A DNA stretch of 64,000 nt from Tricharina praecox. Lineage: Eukaryota. Below the pieces are notes generated by a model. That model saw only the letters and a list, made by a program, of their open reading frames with translations, ran no database searches and was not told the DNA's origin. The stretch is from assembly GCF_024521635.1 (NCBI RefSeq), contig NW_026250422.1, forward strand, positions 372,001 through 436,000, written 5' to 3'. The position numbers and the translations under genes are program-made. Each line of letters starts with the position of its first letter. Position 1 is the first letter of the stretch. Shown piece by piece: positions 24,780 through 39,842 of the stretch.

Positions 24780-27700
24780 TAGTTACATGCTAGTTACATG
24801 CTACATCCCGCCCCAGCAGCAGCACCAGCAGCAGCCTGCAGCTACCTACATACAGATGCAGCATGCAGGAACAACCCATTTCTTTCTAGAAGGATTTTCC
24901 GATGTTATGACGGAAGTTTGGTTGGTTACAGAACTACACTGCGCTGCATGTTCCACTTACTTGGTACTTGCGTGCGTGTGTGGGGCACGATACAATGATA
25001 CAATACGAAACGAAACGCCCCATATCATACCGTCGGTACCGCGGCAGAATACCTATCCCACGGCGGAATTCGGGGCTGGACGGAAACAACCCCCATCATC
25101 CATCCATCAATCAAACATTTGATCTTGCTGATGTTTGTCGTGTCGTCTCGTGTCATACCTACTTTGCGAATTAGCCGTCCTTGAAGACACGTGTATGAGC
25201 CGACTGATACCGGTAGCTACAAGCACCATGCCTACTCTAGAGTCTAGGTACTCTAGGTAAAATATGAGGACCGAGAATAATATGCAACAAAAAAAATAGT
25301 CGGCTGTCACGGCCAGAACCAAGGGATCGGGATTTTTGTTTCGTTTCGTTTCTCTCCCCCCACCCCGGGGCCCACCGCTGTTTCAGAAGACGGGTTTCTC
25401 AGCTGATGTGGGTTGTGGGTTGTGGGTTGTTATGAGGAAAGCCATGGGTATGGAAGGACGTGGGGGTATCCATGCCCCACAATGGGAAGATGCGAAGAGA
25501 GAGAGGACGGCGACGGCGGCGGCAGAAAACAGGGCTGGGGGGCTGGCTACATAGCAGGCTGATCTGGCTGATCTGGTAGGCTGATCTGAGTGATCAGAGT
25601 GAGTGCGCGGATGTGATCACGATAGTTAGCACCACCGCGTGCTCTCCTGTGGCGCATACGTAGGAAACAAAGGTTCTCCACGGCCGGCTGGAGCCTGGCA
25701 GCGTAACACAAGCCCGGCCGTGGTCACTGGTGTTTATCTAGATAGCCGTTAGGACTCGCACTGCGCACAACGCCAGCGCTAGTCCGGCAGATAGATTCCG
25801 TGGATATGGAGTCGCCTCGTTATTGCAGTGTCGTCGCGGTGGTTACACCCGTTGGTGGTGGTGGTGGTGGTGGTGGTGGTGGTGAATATTGATGTTGATG
25901 TTTTGAGTGAGGTTAGGGACTATCCGCTATCATACTACCAGTGAGTGTATGTAATCTATAGTACTCTGGAGCACATCAATCCGCCGCAACTCACAATATC
26001 CAAAACAATCAGGGCTGACAAGCTGACAACGAGTATGCACTGTATTTACACTGCATACATACTCTGGGATGTGAAACCTGAACCTGAACCTCAACCTGAA
26101 CCTGAACCCCAACCTCAACCCGGCCCACCAGATCGCCACGGCACGGCATCGCATGCAGGCTGCAGCTTGGAAAAACCTCCAACCGTAGAACACTGCATGC
26201 ATCGACAGCTGGTGCAGCACCCTCCGACCTCCGCCCTCCGCCCGCCCGGCCGCTCGCCCTGTTTGCTGCCCCAGCCCCAGCCCGTAAGCAACCCGTAACC
26301 TTGCACGGCACGGCCCGGACGGCTGTCCCTATGGAGTGAGACATGACCAGACAAGACCTGACCCATCGACTCGTGTACTCGGCACCGTACGTACCATACG
26401 TACGTGCCGTGCCGGGCCAGCCGTGCGGTGGATCACCAACTACACTGAACTACACTACTACACGACAAGGCTACACTGTTGGCAGCGAAAAGCGCCTCGA
26501 TCGCGAGCGGCTACTCTACCCAGGTCAGTTGGTTGGTTGGTCGGTTACTTGGTTATCAATGCGAACCCGAACCCGGAGCCTGAATTGTTTACTCGTTCGT
26601 CTACGTATGCTGATTCGCCCGGAAGCAAATTTGTTTCCCTCCTTCATCCGGCATCCATCCATCGATAGGTGTCGGACCGGACAGTCCGTATACATCATAT
26701 ACTAGGTGGGTAGCCCGCGGCCAGTGTTTCAATATAGTACAGATTGCGTGGTTCCGTCCACCTACCTACAATACCTACAGTACCAATGTGTAGGCAAGAA
26801 AAAAAAACGGCCGTCGATGAAACGCCGAACCTTGTTCCTGAATATAGGGCAGCCTTACATACCCTACTCCATGTTATAATGTACAGTACGAGCATCATCG
26901 CCGATGCGCTCCACCAGACATGCATGCTAGTATTGTAGGTAGGGCTTGACGACGCAACTACGGTATCGTATAGGTAGAGTACTCTAGGTAGTACGTCATA
27001 ACTACCCTCGATGCACTCATTTCTCATTCCGCACCCGCCGCTGCCACGGCTCCACTCTCACGGAATTCATCTCCCCTCGGGTTCGCTGGCATGGCATCAA
27101 TATAATATCCCCCCCGGTCCCCTATAATCACGTGACGAGACGGGTCCCTGATTTCCCGCAACCCAACCGTCACGCCTGCCCCATCCACCCTGCCCATTAC
27201 GTGATCAGCTAACTAGTTATCACTGACCTCTTCATCTTCATCTTCACCATCTTCGTCCACTTCCAGACTTCCAGTCATCTCCTTCGATCGGCTAGGTAGG
27301 TAGGTAGATAACCACTGCTAACTAGCATCATCAATCAAATCTACCAATCAATCCAATCAAATCAATCACCCCCCCCCCCCACGCGAGATAGTTAGGTAGA
27401 GTACCGATCGACCCAGTCGCTCGCTCGCCCTCGCCCTCGTCCTCGCCCCTAACTTATCCGGGAAGACTACCGGTACCTAGGGCCGACAGCGTCGCTACCG
27501 AGATGAGCGAGCGAGCGTCGCCCAGCTGAGCTGAACTGTGCTGGGCTGGGCTGGGCTTCTCCCGGAGTCCGGATAATAGGGAGAACGAATCTTGTGTGTG
27601 TAGGATTCGGTGGCCGGGGGGGGGGGGGGGGCTCATGACGTGGACCGTGGAGGGGAAGGGGGGTGGGCACTGCGGGACTCTCTGCCCTGGATGTCGATGT

Positions 27701-29920
27701 CAAAGTCGATCCGATCTCGGTGCGGAACATCAACCTACCGCCCACTGCCTTCGCCTTTGTGCCCCAGACCCAGAGGATGGATTTAATTATCGGGCTGACG
27801 AGGACGAGGACGCCGCAGGCGTCGACACAGGTCTGCGGCCGGTGGTATGTACTCGGGGTGGTAGGGATGGAGCACTCAGCAAGCAATCCGGGAGAAAGGT
27901 TATTGATAATTTGATATGCCACGCACGTGGGCATATGTAGTCATGTATGTACGTACAGGGTGCCGGACCGGGCTGGACAGGTAGTACAAGCACCCTCCCA
28001 CCTTCCCCCCCCACCCCACGCTTCCCCTACGCTCCCCGGCTATCACGATTCACCAGGACCACCGCCCACCGACGACCTACAACGGCCGACGACCGACGAC
28101 CACCGACGAACGACCGACGACCGACCACACCAACCACACCCAGAATAGCCGGGTGTGCTTGCATTCCACTCCAGCCATGATGGTTGTTGGTTGGTGGTTG
28201 TTGGTTGTGGTTGGCAGTTACATAGAACCTAGCGGTATCACCTGAAACAGCAAAAAACGTGTTTTATGCCAGACCGTTGGATGGGCCGCAGGCCGCAGGT
28301 GGCAGGCCGTTAATTCGTTACACCCACTCACTCCCTGCCATGGTACCAGGCTACCAGGCTACCAGCGCAAAAACGCAGCACCACCTTCCGGTATCGAAGC
28401 CGCCTACATACATGCAATAACCAACCAATTCAACCAGGGATCTACCTATCATCTCTGGCAAAGCACAATCCGCCCAAAACGAAATGGAAAGCAAAGGATG
28501 CGGACAGCTGTGGCATGGAAAAAGATATCACCAGGGCTACTATTCTGTTAAGATCGACACCGCAGCAAGCAGGACGCTTCTTATTCTTCTTCTTAATCTT
28601 CTTCTTCTTCATGGAGTTATTATGCGCACGTGCATCTCCTCCTCCTCCTCCTCCTCTTCCTCCTCCTCCTCCTTAGACTCCGCTTTACTACATAAAAATG
28701 ATATATGCCCCCATCCCTTCCCGTCTCGAGCATCAACTTTAGTCAAGGATAAAAGAAACGGAAAGGAAAAAGGAAATAAAGAAAAGGAAACAAACGGTAC
28801 GATAAAAAAAGTCTAAAAGCCCATCCGCCGTTCCCGTGCAATCAAATCAAAAAACCACCCCTTCCAGTCCAGTCCGTCCGGTCCCGTAAGCAAAAGTGAA
28901 AACGAAAAAGAAAAGAAAAACAAAGAAACCAAAAAAAAAGAAGACACCAAAAAAACTGTCTAAATACATTTGTCCTCCAAAGAAAGAAAGAAAAAACGCC
29001 CCAACCCAGTCCGATACCCACACGCACACACGCACACACGCGCACACACAGCCGCCTTGCTGAATGGAGTCTACAATAGAAGAAGAAAAAGGAAAAAGGA
29101 AAGAAGAAAGGAAAGATAAGTAAGAAGTAGGGAAGAAAACGTGCATATCCACATGCAAGCGGCGTCCGAACCGTCACGGTCGAAAACAGAACAATCAATT
29201 CATCACTCATGTCCGGATCCGGTAGAAGAATAGCAGCAGATGGCAAACGGACGGACCGATGAACGCCTGAAGATGTCGGATGAGGAATCGGTCGAGGACG
29301 AGACGGCGGGATTAGGAGGTTGGTTGAGCATGTGTCGTGTGTGGTGTCGTGTGTCGTGTGTGGCTGCTGGCTGCTGCTTGCTGGTTGCCATGAACGTGCA
29401 TCCCTCGGCAGACCGACCAACTCGAACCGCATCACAACTGTCCGAAAAAATCAATCTCATCCCACCCTCTTCCTCCTCCTCCTCCTCCTCTTCCCCCCAC
29501 CCCCGCTTGTTCGCGAACCCATGCAGTTCGTGCATTGCATTCCACCCGCCCCGCTCAACCCTATGCGGTATGCGCGCAAGGCCTGCACGTCTTCAGTTTG
29601 CAGTACTTGCACTCGAAGATGAACCAGTGGGGCCCTGAGCCGCACATGCCACAGTTCCACAGGAGCAGTGTTGTTTCCGACTTGATGATCTTAAACGAGT
29701 GGTGGCAGTAGCCTGGGATTGCCATTGCGTCGGAGGTATACGGGGGACGAGTTGCCGCGGCCGTGAGAATTGCTTGTGACTTGGGCTGTCTGCGGCTCGG
29801 AGGATCGGTACCGGTGGCTGTTCCTCGGTAGAATCCTTACAAGGCGGCGGGCGGCGGGAGTGTTGATGGGTCGGAGCCTAGGTTGCACGGGGATATGGAG
29901 GTTGTCGGTGGAAGGAGCGT

Positions 29921-29998
29921 GGAGCTTGGAGCTTGGAGTTTTGAGCTTGGAGCTTAGAACCTTGAGCTTGGAGCTTGGAACCTTGAGCTTGGAGCTTG
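29921..29998 (+). repeat. Degenerate GAGCTTG heptamer tandem array
   Basis: Visible tandem repetition. Confidence 0.8.
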
Positions 29999-32900
29999 AT
30001 TGGGAGATATCGTGTCAGAGTGATGAGCCGGTAGGATCGGAGCGGTAGGCGTAGGCAGTTTCCTTTTGCACGGCAAACGGAATCCTTATAGGATCGTGTA
30101 TGAGTATAAGCAGGAGGAGGATGGTGATGAGAGACGAGGAGACAGTTGCTGCGAGTTGTGACGTTCCAGCAGAAAAGAAGGGATGGGTCCAAGGTGCCCT
30201 TTTATGTTAGTAGAGCAAATCAGCTATATGCGGCTCGAGCTCAAGAGAGCTCTGCCATAATTTTTGATACCCCCCCTCCCTCCCTCCCCCTCACCCCTCC
30301 CTTCCGCCGTCTCCATCCTACCCTCAATCCGGAAACACTTAGACTCAGACTCAGACTCAGACTCACGGCGCTCACACACACCCACACACACACCACATAC
30401 CACACACACCACACACACTCAGACTCTCTCTCTCTCCCTCTCTCTCGCACCCGCCCACTCATCGATACCTACGTCAACCGGCGCGGGTGGAAACATCTTA
30501 CGGCACCAGCCCACTGCTATTCGTTGTGCTCCGTCTCCCTTGACCTGGAAGCCCTGGGGAGCTCCTGCAGCGCACCGCCCCGTACCGTTCCGCGATGCCT
30601 CAATAGCCGTACACCGTATACCACGACAACCCACTATCGCGATCGGTCCATCGCATGCCTGTGGCCTCCTGATCCTCGTATCGTCTAAAGTACAGCCCGC
30701 GGCTGGGTGCTCCGTAACGTGCATGTGCCTTAACTACATACCTGGAAAACCCATATTCGCTTTGCCGGAGGAGTGTTTCTCCAAAGCCCAAACAACAATA
30801 GCAGCAACAATAGCAACAACAGCAACAATAGCTGCAAAACAACAACTGCAAAACAACAACACCAACTACAAAACATCTTGGCCCGGCGTCTGCTGCTGGA
30901 TCGATCATAGTCCCAGCTCGAGTAGAGCGAAACAAATATCCTGACGAGTTACATACCCAGCACCCAGCCGCAGGGGAAAAAAGGACTTGCAGCTAGCCAC
31001 TACGAGCCCCGGTGCGGTGAGCATCTGGCTTATTTGAAAAGAAGGGATCGAGCGCACCCAATCTGCCGGGAAAACAGCTGGTTGCTCCCAGCAAGCATAT
31101 TTGGAAAGCAGAAAATAAGGCGTCCAGCGAGAAAAAAGAGAGAGCGAGAGGCACGCTAGTGTGTTGGGTGGAACATCCAACAGCTGGGACCTGGGACATC
31201 TGGGTGGTCTCCCCACCGACGCGTCCGCCCGCCCGCCAGCTCGCTGGTTGGCTGCCCTTCGCTTTGGTTGAGTTTTAGTGTTCGGTCGTCCAAGCCCCAT
31301 CACGGTTTTCCCAGTCCCCCGGTCGTCTGAAGCCATGTCTCGTAGGATTTATCCCGGCAGAAAACAAATCAAAGGGGCGTAGCGCTGGAACGCGCTTGGC
31401 GAGTGAAAATCACGAGAGCGAAGTCGAGACATCGAGAGTGCTTTCTCTGGGCCCCGGACCGAGCATGGAATGTTCCCTGTGAGGCAGGGGTGCGCTACCC
31501 TAGAGCATGTCCTACTCCTCGGGGCACGTACTTTGTCTGCCTTTCTCGTGATGAGGAGGAGGAGGAGGAGGCGGAAGAGGTGCAGTAGGAGAATGTGGAG
31601 GAGGTGCAGAAGGAGGAGGTGCAGTAGGAGCACGAGGATGTGAAGGAGGAGGAGGCCAATGCCTGGGCGCGGCCAGCCATGGAAGGGATGCCGAACCTCA
31701 CGGACGGACGGACGATCAAAAGACGGAGATGCACGCCTCCAAAAGCAGGACGTAAAAAAGCAGCCAGCGAGAGTGGAGGGGAATACAGAAGCAGCCTTCC
31801 TATCGCATTATGACCACGCAGGTGTAAAACCATTTTGAGCGCAGCGAAGAATCAGAGACCACTGGGTGCCTCATCTCCGCAAAGAAAGATGGTGGGATGC
31901 CAGGGCGCCGGCTCATATTCTTTCTCGTGAGCGTCATATTTTTCCCACGCCTCAGACTTTCGTGAAGAATACCATAATCCGTCACTTTCGACGGAGCTAA
32001 GCCGGTTCTTCTCTTTTCCGCATGTTCCCTTTCGCCGGCAGCCCACACCTCAGCCTTGATTGCTTTTGTTTTCCTTCCTGCAGCTTGTCAAGGAAACAGA
32101 AGACGTGGGGGAGGGGGTGGAGGGGGGAGGGAGACGGGGAGAAGGCGATATCCGACGGTGCGGATTCAACACCGTCAGCAACTACGACCCCCAATTCCCA
32201 ATTCAGACCTCAAGTCTGTCTAACGATACGAACTCCGCTTCGCCGGCGACTCCTCACGCAAGCTCAAGTCGCGGGGGGTCCCTGCGCTCCTCACGGTATC
32301 AGGGAGGTGGGTAAGTAGGTGAGTAGGTGGTTATCCATCCGCCCCCTCCCCCACCCAAACTACCCCCCAAACCCACCTCCCTCCCCACCGGCCAACCTGC
32401 ACTCCGAAGGAAAGGGGACGTGGACGCCGCAGATTTCGGCGATTCCTCGCTTTACGTCCTCCTCCTCCTCTCTCTCCCGCGACAGGGGTGCACGTGTATA
32501 TGTGCGTGTATCCGCGGATGCTGAAGTATGCTCATACAAGAGCCGCAGCGCATGCGCTGGGCTCTGAGGTGGTCGGCGTCGTCCGTTCGTTTCCCATGTA
32601 TGTAGTGTGATGGCATCGCATCGCGGGTTGTCGCATGCAGCTCACACTGCAGAACCCGATCGCTCGGTAAAAATCGTGTTTAACCGCATCCAGCATCCTG
32701 GCTGGCGTCGACTCTCTCCTCGCGCGCCCTCTCTCTCTCTCGTGTCTCTCTCTCTCTTGTCTCTTTCCCCTTTCCTCTGGTTCTCTGTCTTCCTACCCTC
32801 CAACTAATCTACTACGGATCAAACAACCGCGTGGACGGATGGGGAAGAGATAGAGTACATGGCAGAGCCAGTCATCCGGCGTATAGAGTGGATTTCAACT

Positions 32901-33027
32901 TGAAACAATTCGACGAAGAAACAAACCTAGGTGAGGGGTGGAAATTTTCGGACAACAAAGTTGGTTGGCTGGCTGTGAGGAAGGGGGAAATTTTTCGGAC
33001 AAGAAAGTTAGTTGGCTTTCCATGAGG

Positions 33028-33073
33028 GAAGGGGAGCGAAGGGGAGCGAAGGGGAGCGAAGGGGAGCGAAGGG
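33028..33073 (+). repeat. (GAAGGGGAGC)4 tandem repeat
   Basis: Visible decamer repetition. Confidence 0.85.
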
Positions 33074-36000
33074 AAGGTCAATTCGAGATGACAGACGGAG
33101 GCGCGAGGACCGCTGCGGGAAAGTGAGAATTCGAATTGGCAAGCCCGTATGTACGGCAGATACACAGGTAACCCTACGCCGCAGCAGTCTGGCCAGCAAC
33201 GAGTACTGCTCCACACAGATGGCAATCACCGACCCAGCCTACCTGTGCACTCTACCTACCTACCTACCTACCTGGGTAGGCATGTAGAGTATCTACCGGT
33301 ACCAACGAGAGTCGCACTGTGCAGTGGGAGGGACCGGCCGGGGTGGCACCACTCCTTGCTTTCCTTTCCATGCCTGCTGTCTGTCTCGGGCTTCTTGAGA
33401 CGTTCTGGAAGGCGATTCGGGTCCACATCCGATGATTTCTTTCCGCTTTCGATTTTCTTTCTTTCCAGATCGCATTACAGGTGAGTGTGGGCCGCCGTTT
33501 CGTCAGCGTACATAGAAATATGTACAACACAGGATTCCGAGGCACTGGGAATATCTACATATGAAGGATTGGCTTCGCTCCCGCCGTCCCGTCATTGGGC
33601 TGCAGATGCAGCTGCAGCTACATACATCCCTATCTACATAGTACATGGAACCGTATGTACGTGCTCACTCACCTCACTGCCTCGGCAAGGAGGACGGTGC
33701 AGCTACCTAATACATGCTATAAAGGCGAAGTCGACCATGTATGCGGTATGCGGTATGCGGTGGGCCTGAGAGGGTGATGGACTGCGCGTGCATGGCCACG
33801 GCGATGATCCGAATAGAATGCATGGAGTACCGCCAGCCTCCAGGAGCACCTCCAGGAGACACTTTTGCCTGTGGATCGAGTCCTGACCGTTGCCGTTCGC
33901 GCGGGTTGTAGGGAGTGATCGTCCATGAAGTGCCAGGCCAACCGTGACGAGTTGGACTTTGATGATTGATAGATGATCCTGTGACGGCATACCGGTATGG
34001 TAAACCGGTTTGCATGGAGACGGACGTAGTAATTAGGACAAGGCAAATTTCCACACGCCCTCCCAAGGTGGTCACTGGTCACTGGTCAGCGACGCCCGTC
34101 CGTCGACGGAACTTCGGAGACTTTGCCGTGAGCGACCCAAGCACACAACATGTTGCCCCCACCGACCGACACCCACACGTCTGCGTAACAGTGCTCCACC
34201 ATAGGTATGTACATACTTGGGTAGGTAGGTAGGTGAATATGTCATGCCCTACCCCCAAAATCCCCCAGTCGGAAGTGACTCGGAAGTGACTCGGAAGTTG
34301 GAACTTTACTCTACTTAGGGCTGCCGCGTTGGAGGCGTATGCCAGTGGTCAGTAGACCAGTGGTCATGAATGATGAAACCGGTCGTTGGGGCTTGGGAAG
34401 GGCTGCGAAGGGCTGCGAAGAGGCAGAAGTTCAGCGCTACACGGTTGGATTGGGCTCTCGTTCTCGCTCTTACTATGTACATACAATACACTTTTGATAT
34501 TCCATTTCGCTCTCACTACGCTTTGGATAGGTATGTATTCCATTCCGCGTGGCGGAAATCGTCTACCTTTCCGTACCGTATCCGACCTAAAGAAGTCATA
34601 AACCACCTGGTTCGGTGACAGAGTCCCTTCCACGCATATCGCGGGAGTTAGAACCACATGCCATTATGCCGGCCAGCCGACCGATGCGATATGGCTGGGC
34701 GGGCTGGCTGGCTGGCAGGTTTACGCGCGTGCGGCGTGTCCACCTTATGTTTTTTTCTTCACTTTCACTTTTGAGTCTTAAGTCTTGAGACTCGACGGTA
34801 GACACAGCCGCAGATGAACTTGAAACTCAAAACACGCGGGCGGCGGAAGCGATTCCCGCGTGTTCGGCGTACGGTACTCTAGAGTAGATACATGTTATAC
34901 AACGACAGAACTATTGTCTGGACTCTGCTAGCCGTTACCGGCGATGTATCTATTAGGTACTCTAGATACCCCGTCCAAAGTTTGCGGGAATGTCAAGGAG
35001 CCAACTCCACGTTCCAACACCGGCCCCGCCCGCGGTCCGCAGTTCGGGGTTCAGTTTTCGCCTCTACTCACTCGCGGCTTTCTGCGAGACTGCGACGATG
35101 TCTGAAATATGCACTTGTCATTCAAATCTGACGCTTTCTTTTGCTGCTGTGGAGTGTGCATTTCTCGCCCACCTCAGGGGAGGAGGGGCGTGAATTTCCA
35201 TGTGGATTGCTTGACAAGATTCCCTGTGCATAGGCTGACAGTTAGGTATGTAGTTGTCGAAATTCGATCCAGCTGCCTACTACTACTACTACTACTACTA
35301 CTAATAGGCTAATATTAGACGATGTCTCTGATGCGCAGAAGCACTCGGCGGACGTCGCGATCGGGGCGACGTCAACGACGGGTTTGTGTAGTTGCAATTG
35401 GCCGGCTGGGCGAAAGAAAGAAAAAGGAACCCCACGACACGAGTGTTGCAGTGTCGCAGTGGACTTTGGGTCAAAGCATTCTTCGTCGTCGTCGTGGTCG
35501 TCGGGCGGTGAAACCTGCAGTGGCGAAAGTGTAGAATACGGGTTGCATACCACCACATGACCGGGGGGGAGGGCTTGACGGGCTTGACACACCACTGCTC
35601 ACTCGCACCCCTGTGGTGGAGTATCATAATTCATCCTGTATTTTCTCGTCCGACGTCGACCTCATCACATCACATTTGGACCAAAGGACGAGTCTTTCTT
35701 TTTTTCTTTTTTCCCCAGCTGAAACGTCGGCGTCGAGATCGAGGTCGGCGGTGGGGGTTGGGTTGGGTTGGAGATTGGGTTGCGTCGGCGATGATCGATC
35801 CGTGGACGGAAATCTTGCTTAGAGTTCTGCGCAGTGCGACTGGGGAATGCCTTTGAAGACAAGAATAACCATCTTAAAAGCCTTAGTTACCTTGTTCTTA
35901 TTTCCGGCCTCTCCAAAGAAAGATACGGAGCAGATACCCTTATCCCCCCCATCCCTCATCCCTCACCCCCACCTACGCCTCGATGGCGTGTGGATTTTGT

Positions 36001-37402
36001 ATGTATGAACGATAACTTCCCACATATCATACATGCATACGGTGCATGCATGACGGATCCAGACCTGGAGGCTGGATGCTGGAGATGCTGGAGATGCATG
36101 ATGCGCGATACCCAGACACCGATATGTTCGAGCCCCCCGATCTCACGTCCAAGACATACATGCAGTAGCAGTAACTAGAGTATTCATCCCTCTGCTTCCC
36201 ATAACCGAGGTGGTGGGATCAAGAGCCAATGAATGCCATTCCTTGACTCCGTTGGGATGAACGGCGGACGGACTCGGTAACACCAACACCGTATGTGGAT
36301 GTAGATGTGGAGATGGGATGGGATGGGATGGGGCGGGGAATATGGCTGATGGACGGAAAGACGGAGAAGACGTCCGATGGATACTGCCACTTTTGGAGTT
36401 TCTTTTGCTGTGCCTCTGCTGTGGGGGGCTGTTGTTACTTGTTCCCACCTATCATCTGGTCTCCGTCATGGTCATCATGTGGTGCTACATGGAGTTCAGC
36501 TACAGGCAAGCCCTTCGGACGGTGATGAGCCCAGCCAGCCCCTCTTTTGGGGGTGAAACATAGAAGATCTCTGATCTCCAATACGATGGATAAAAAAATG
36601 GATTCGGTTTGCTGGGATACGTGTCATAGTATATCACTCGTGTCGGGTTTCTCACGATGAGAGATGGATGGATGGATGTGTCGGGGCTACAGAAGGATAA
36701 AGCACCCTTCACTATCTATCTAGGCCATACCGGAGGGGCTGTGTGAGAGCTGGTGGGTATAGATGGGTTAGAACGAGTGGGAGGGTGGGGAGGGTGGGGG
36801 TGGAAAAGGGCGACGCAAGAATAGCCACAGTCATTGTTTCCGGGCTTTGGGTTATTCCTGTGTTCTTTCGTATGATATGTCCTTTCCTTGCGCGCGATCT
36901 TCTCTTGGTAGCCCGGGCGGCGGGTCGCTGCCAGCGAGCTGGTTAACTACCCAGACGGCAGACATGATACCGGAACGATCTAGATACCGGTAAACAGGTC
37001 GAATGCATCAAGAAAGGGTTACGAATGCTCATTTACTTATGTACCTACCTTACTCGCTCCATCTTTCCGGAGAAGCAGAAGCAACTCTTATTCGATCTCT
37101 GGATGCAGGTCAATGGAACCGGCAAAACTACCAGATCCTCTCGATATCTCGGTATCTCTATTGCGCGCGGTAAACTCAACCTCAACTTCGGCCGTGAGAA
37201 CCTAATATGCATGTGCCGAATGCTGCGATCAACCATAACGCTTTTCACGCTCGTCAAAGTTGACCTCAACTTGACGGTCCAGCCCAAATCGAAGGCCTTC
37301 CGCAGGTGAAAGAAGGCGCAATGTCGTGATCCATAGACACCGGCGCCCGTATAAAGCGCACCCCGATATCAACAATGTCTGCCCCGTACACCTACCGCAG
37401 CG

Positions 37403-39241
37403 ATGCTCCTCTCCTCACTCCAGCCGCTCCTCTTTCTCGCCCGCAGCTACGACTACATAATCGTGGGCGGAGGCACAGCGGGGCTCACCCTAGCGGGAAG
37501 ACTCTGCTCTGACCCCAGCGTAACCGTCGGCGTTCTCGAAGCCGGCCCAGACGCGCACAACGACCCACTGGTCTACATCCCGGGCTTCTACGGGTACCCG
37601 CAGCGGTCGTCGGGCTACGGCCCCGACGACTCCCCGCTGGACTGGGGCTTCAGGACGGAGCCGCAGCCGCACGTCGACAACCGCCGCATGCCCTGGTCGC
37701 GCGGGAAGATGCTCGGCGGCTCCAGCGCGCTCAACTACATGATCTGGGACGTCCCGTCGGCGCCAGAGTACGATGCGTATGCCACCCACGGTAACGCCCC
37801 CGGCTGGAACTGGTGCACCGTCTCCGCCGCTGTGAATAAGGCGTGGAGGGCGATCCAGCCCGGCGTCCTCACCGGGCAAGCGGGAGAGTTGTCGGTGCAG
37901 AAGTTCGTCACCCCCGGGACAGAGCTGTTTGCGCCTACCCTCAAGAAGCTTGGCGTCAAGGTCAATCCGAACCCGCTGAGCGGTGATGCAATCGGCACAT
38001 ATGATTCTCCGGCGTCCATCCTGAATGGCGCCAGTACGAGGTCGTACAGTGTCTCGGCGTATCTCCTGCCGAACGCGCACCGTGATAATCTGGTAGTGTT
38101 GCCCGGGGCGACGGGTGCTCGTGTGGTGCTGGATGCGAGCAACAGGGCGATTGGGATGGAGTTTCTGGACTGCAGTGGGCGGAACCACACGGCGTTCCTC
38201 AATCCTGACGGAGAGGTGGTGTTGTCGGCAGGAAGCACGCAGACGCCGCAGCTGCTAGAGCTCTCCGGCATCGGGAAGAAGAGTGTGCTCGATGCCGTGG
38301 GGATTCCCGTCCGCGTGCGCAACGACAACGTCGGTGAAGATCTGCAGGATCACCTATGTAGGCTCTCCCCCACTTCTCCCCAGTATATCCCGCGATACGT
38401 CTAACAGCCAGCCACAGTCGCCCCCCTCGTCTACGAAATTACGCCGGGCATCCCCACGCGCGACCTGCTCCTGACCTCGCTGCCCTTCCTCGCCACAGCG
38501 GAGGCGAACTACACCAACCACCGTGACGGCATCCTCTCCTCGGGCATTTCAGCGCTGTCCTTCGTCCCTCTCACGAACGTCATGGACCCACCCGCTCTCT
38601 CACGTCTAATCGCGGAAACCAAGCTCTCCAAACCATCGGTGGACCCGTTCTCAACCTTCACACTCCCCTACTCCCCGCAGCACCGCGACGCCAACAAAGT
38701 AGCCCAACTCGAGTTCCTCTTCGGCAACTACAAAGTGACTCCCGGCCCACGGGAAGTGGGGAAGTCGTACATTTCGATCTGGGCGTGCCTGTTGCACCCG
38801 TTGTCACGCGGGAGCATCCACATCTCGTCACGCGACCCGCTGGTGCCGCCCGTTATCGACCCACAGTATTACAGCGAGGCGGTGGACCGCGCGGTCATGC
38901 TCGCGGGTGTGAAGTTCGCGGATAAGATTGCGAATACCGCGCCGCTGAGCGGGATTATAAAGCGGAGGGTCGACCTGCCGCCAGGGAGGTTGACGGATCA
39001 GCAGCTGTGGGCGTATACGAAGAAGGTTACGCAGAGTATTTGGCATCCGGTCGCGAGTGCCGCGATGGGGAAGGTCGTCGATGACAGGCTACGCGTGTTT
39101 GGCGTTAAGGGGCTGAGGGTTGTCGATGCGAGTATCGCCCCCCTCCTTATCTCAGCGCATAGTCAGGCTACCGTCTATGGCATTGCTGAGTTGGCAGCTG
39201 AGATTATGAAGGAGGATAGGAGGAGGAAGACGTGCTTCTGA
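37403..39241 (+). CDS. GMC oxidoreductase (AA3-type flavoprotein); intron 38358-38417
   Basis: DYIIVGGGTAG, RGKMLGGSSALN, TPQLLELSGIG, VGEDLQDH, WHPV and GLRVVDAS motifs. Confidence 0.95.
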
Positions 39242-39842
39242 TTTCGGTCGCTTTGGGTGGTTGGTGGGGGGTTTCCAAGTTACTCAATTATCACTGTTTT
39301 TGCTGTTTAGTGTTCCTGTATTTATATTTTGTCCGCCATTGGTTTGTCCTTCCGAAGTTGCTATGTATTAGTTACAAGTATCAATCCCGTGCCGATACTC
39401 CCACGTGCAAGTGGGACCATGTCCGATACCTACTGTACTCGTACAGTTACATATCTGCCGTTTCACTCATTTTTCACTCAATTCTGATGGTTAGATGCAG
39501 GTCGGAATATGTCGACGGGGAGTGGAATTTGTCGATGCTGGACATTTCTACAGCTACAATTACAAGTAGGATCCGAACCAAGGCGTTGGGGTTGTGGCAG
39601 GTTTGTACTGCAGGTACTGTGTAGGTACATACCTACGTCTCGCCATCACTCGTATAGAAGGTGGGGGGATTGTGTCCCAACCCATTTGCTTTCATTCCGT
39701 GCGCTGCCGAGAATCACTGTAGGTGGATATTCGCTATTTACAATACTAATAGATCAGTTCAACTACTCACATGCAGCCGCTTCGGATGGGTGCGTCGCGA
39801 GAAGCAAAAAGAAAGGCAAGATGGAAAAGAAAGTAAATAAGA

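Noticed and set aside
29921..34296. Short repeat arrays as CRISPR-like
   Set aside because: Simple tandem repeats without spacers in a eukaryotic genome; no cas genes.
34831..34882. 10-bp GC hairpin followed by CTAG as a Helitron 3' end
   Set aside because: Not followed by T, and no second copy or 5' end found.
37466..37483. Wholesale reassignment of GGC/GGU codons implied by the odd tRNAs
   Set aside because: GGC encodes invariant glycines here, e.g. GGC GGA GGC in the GMC GxGxxG motif and in IMPase DPIDGT.
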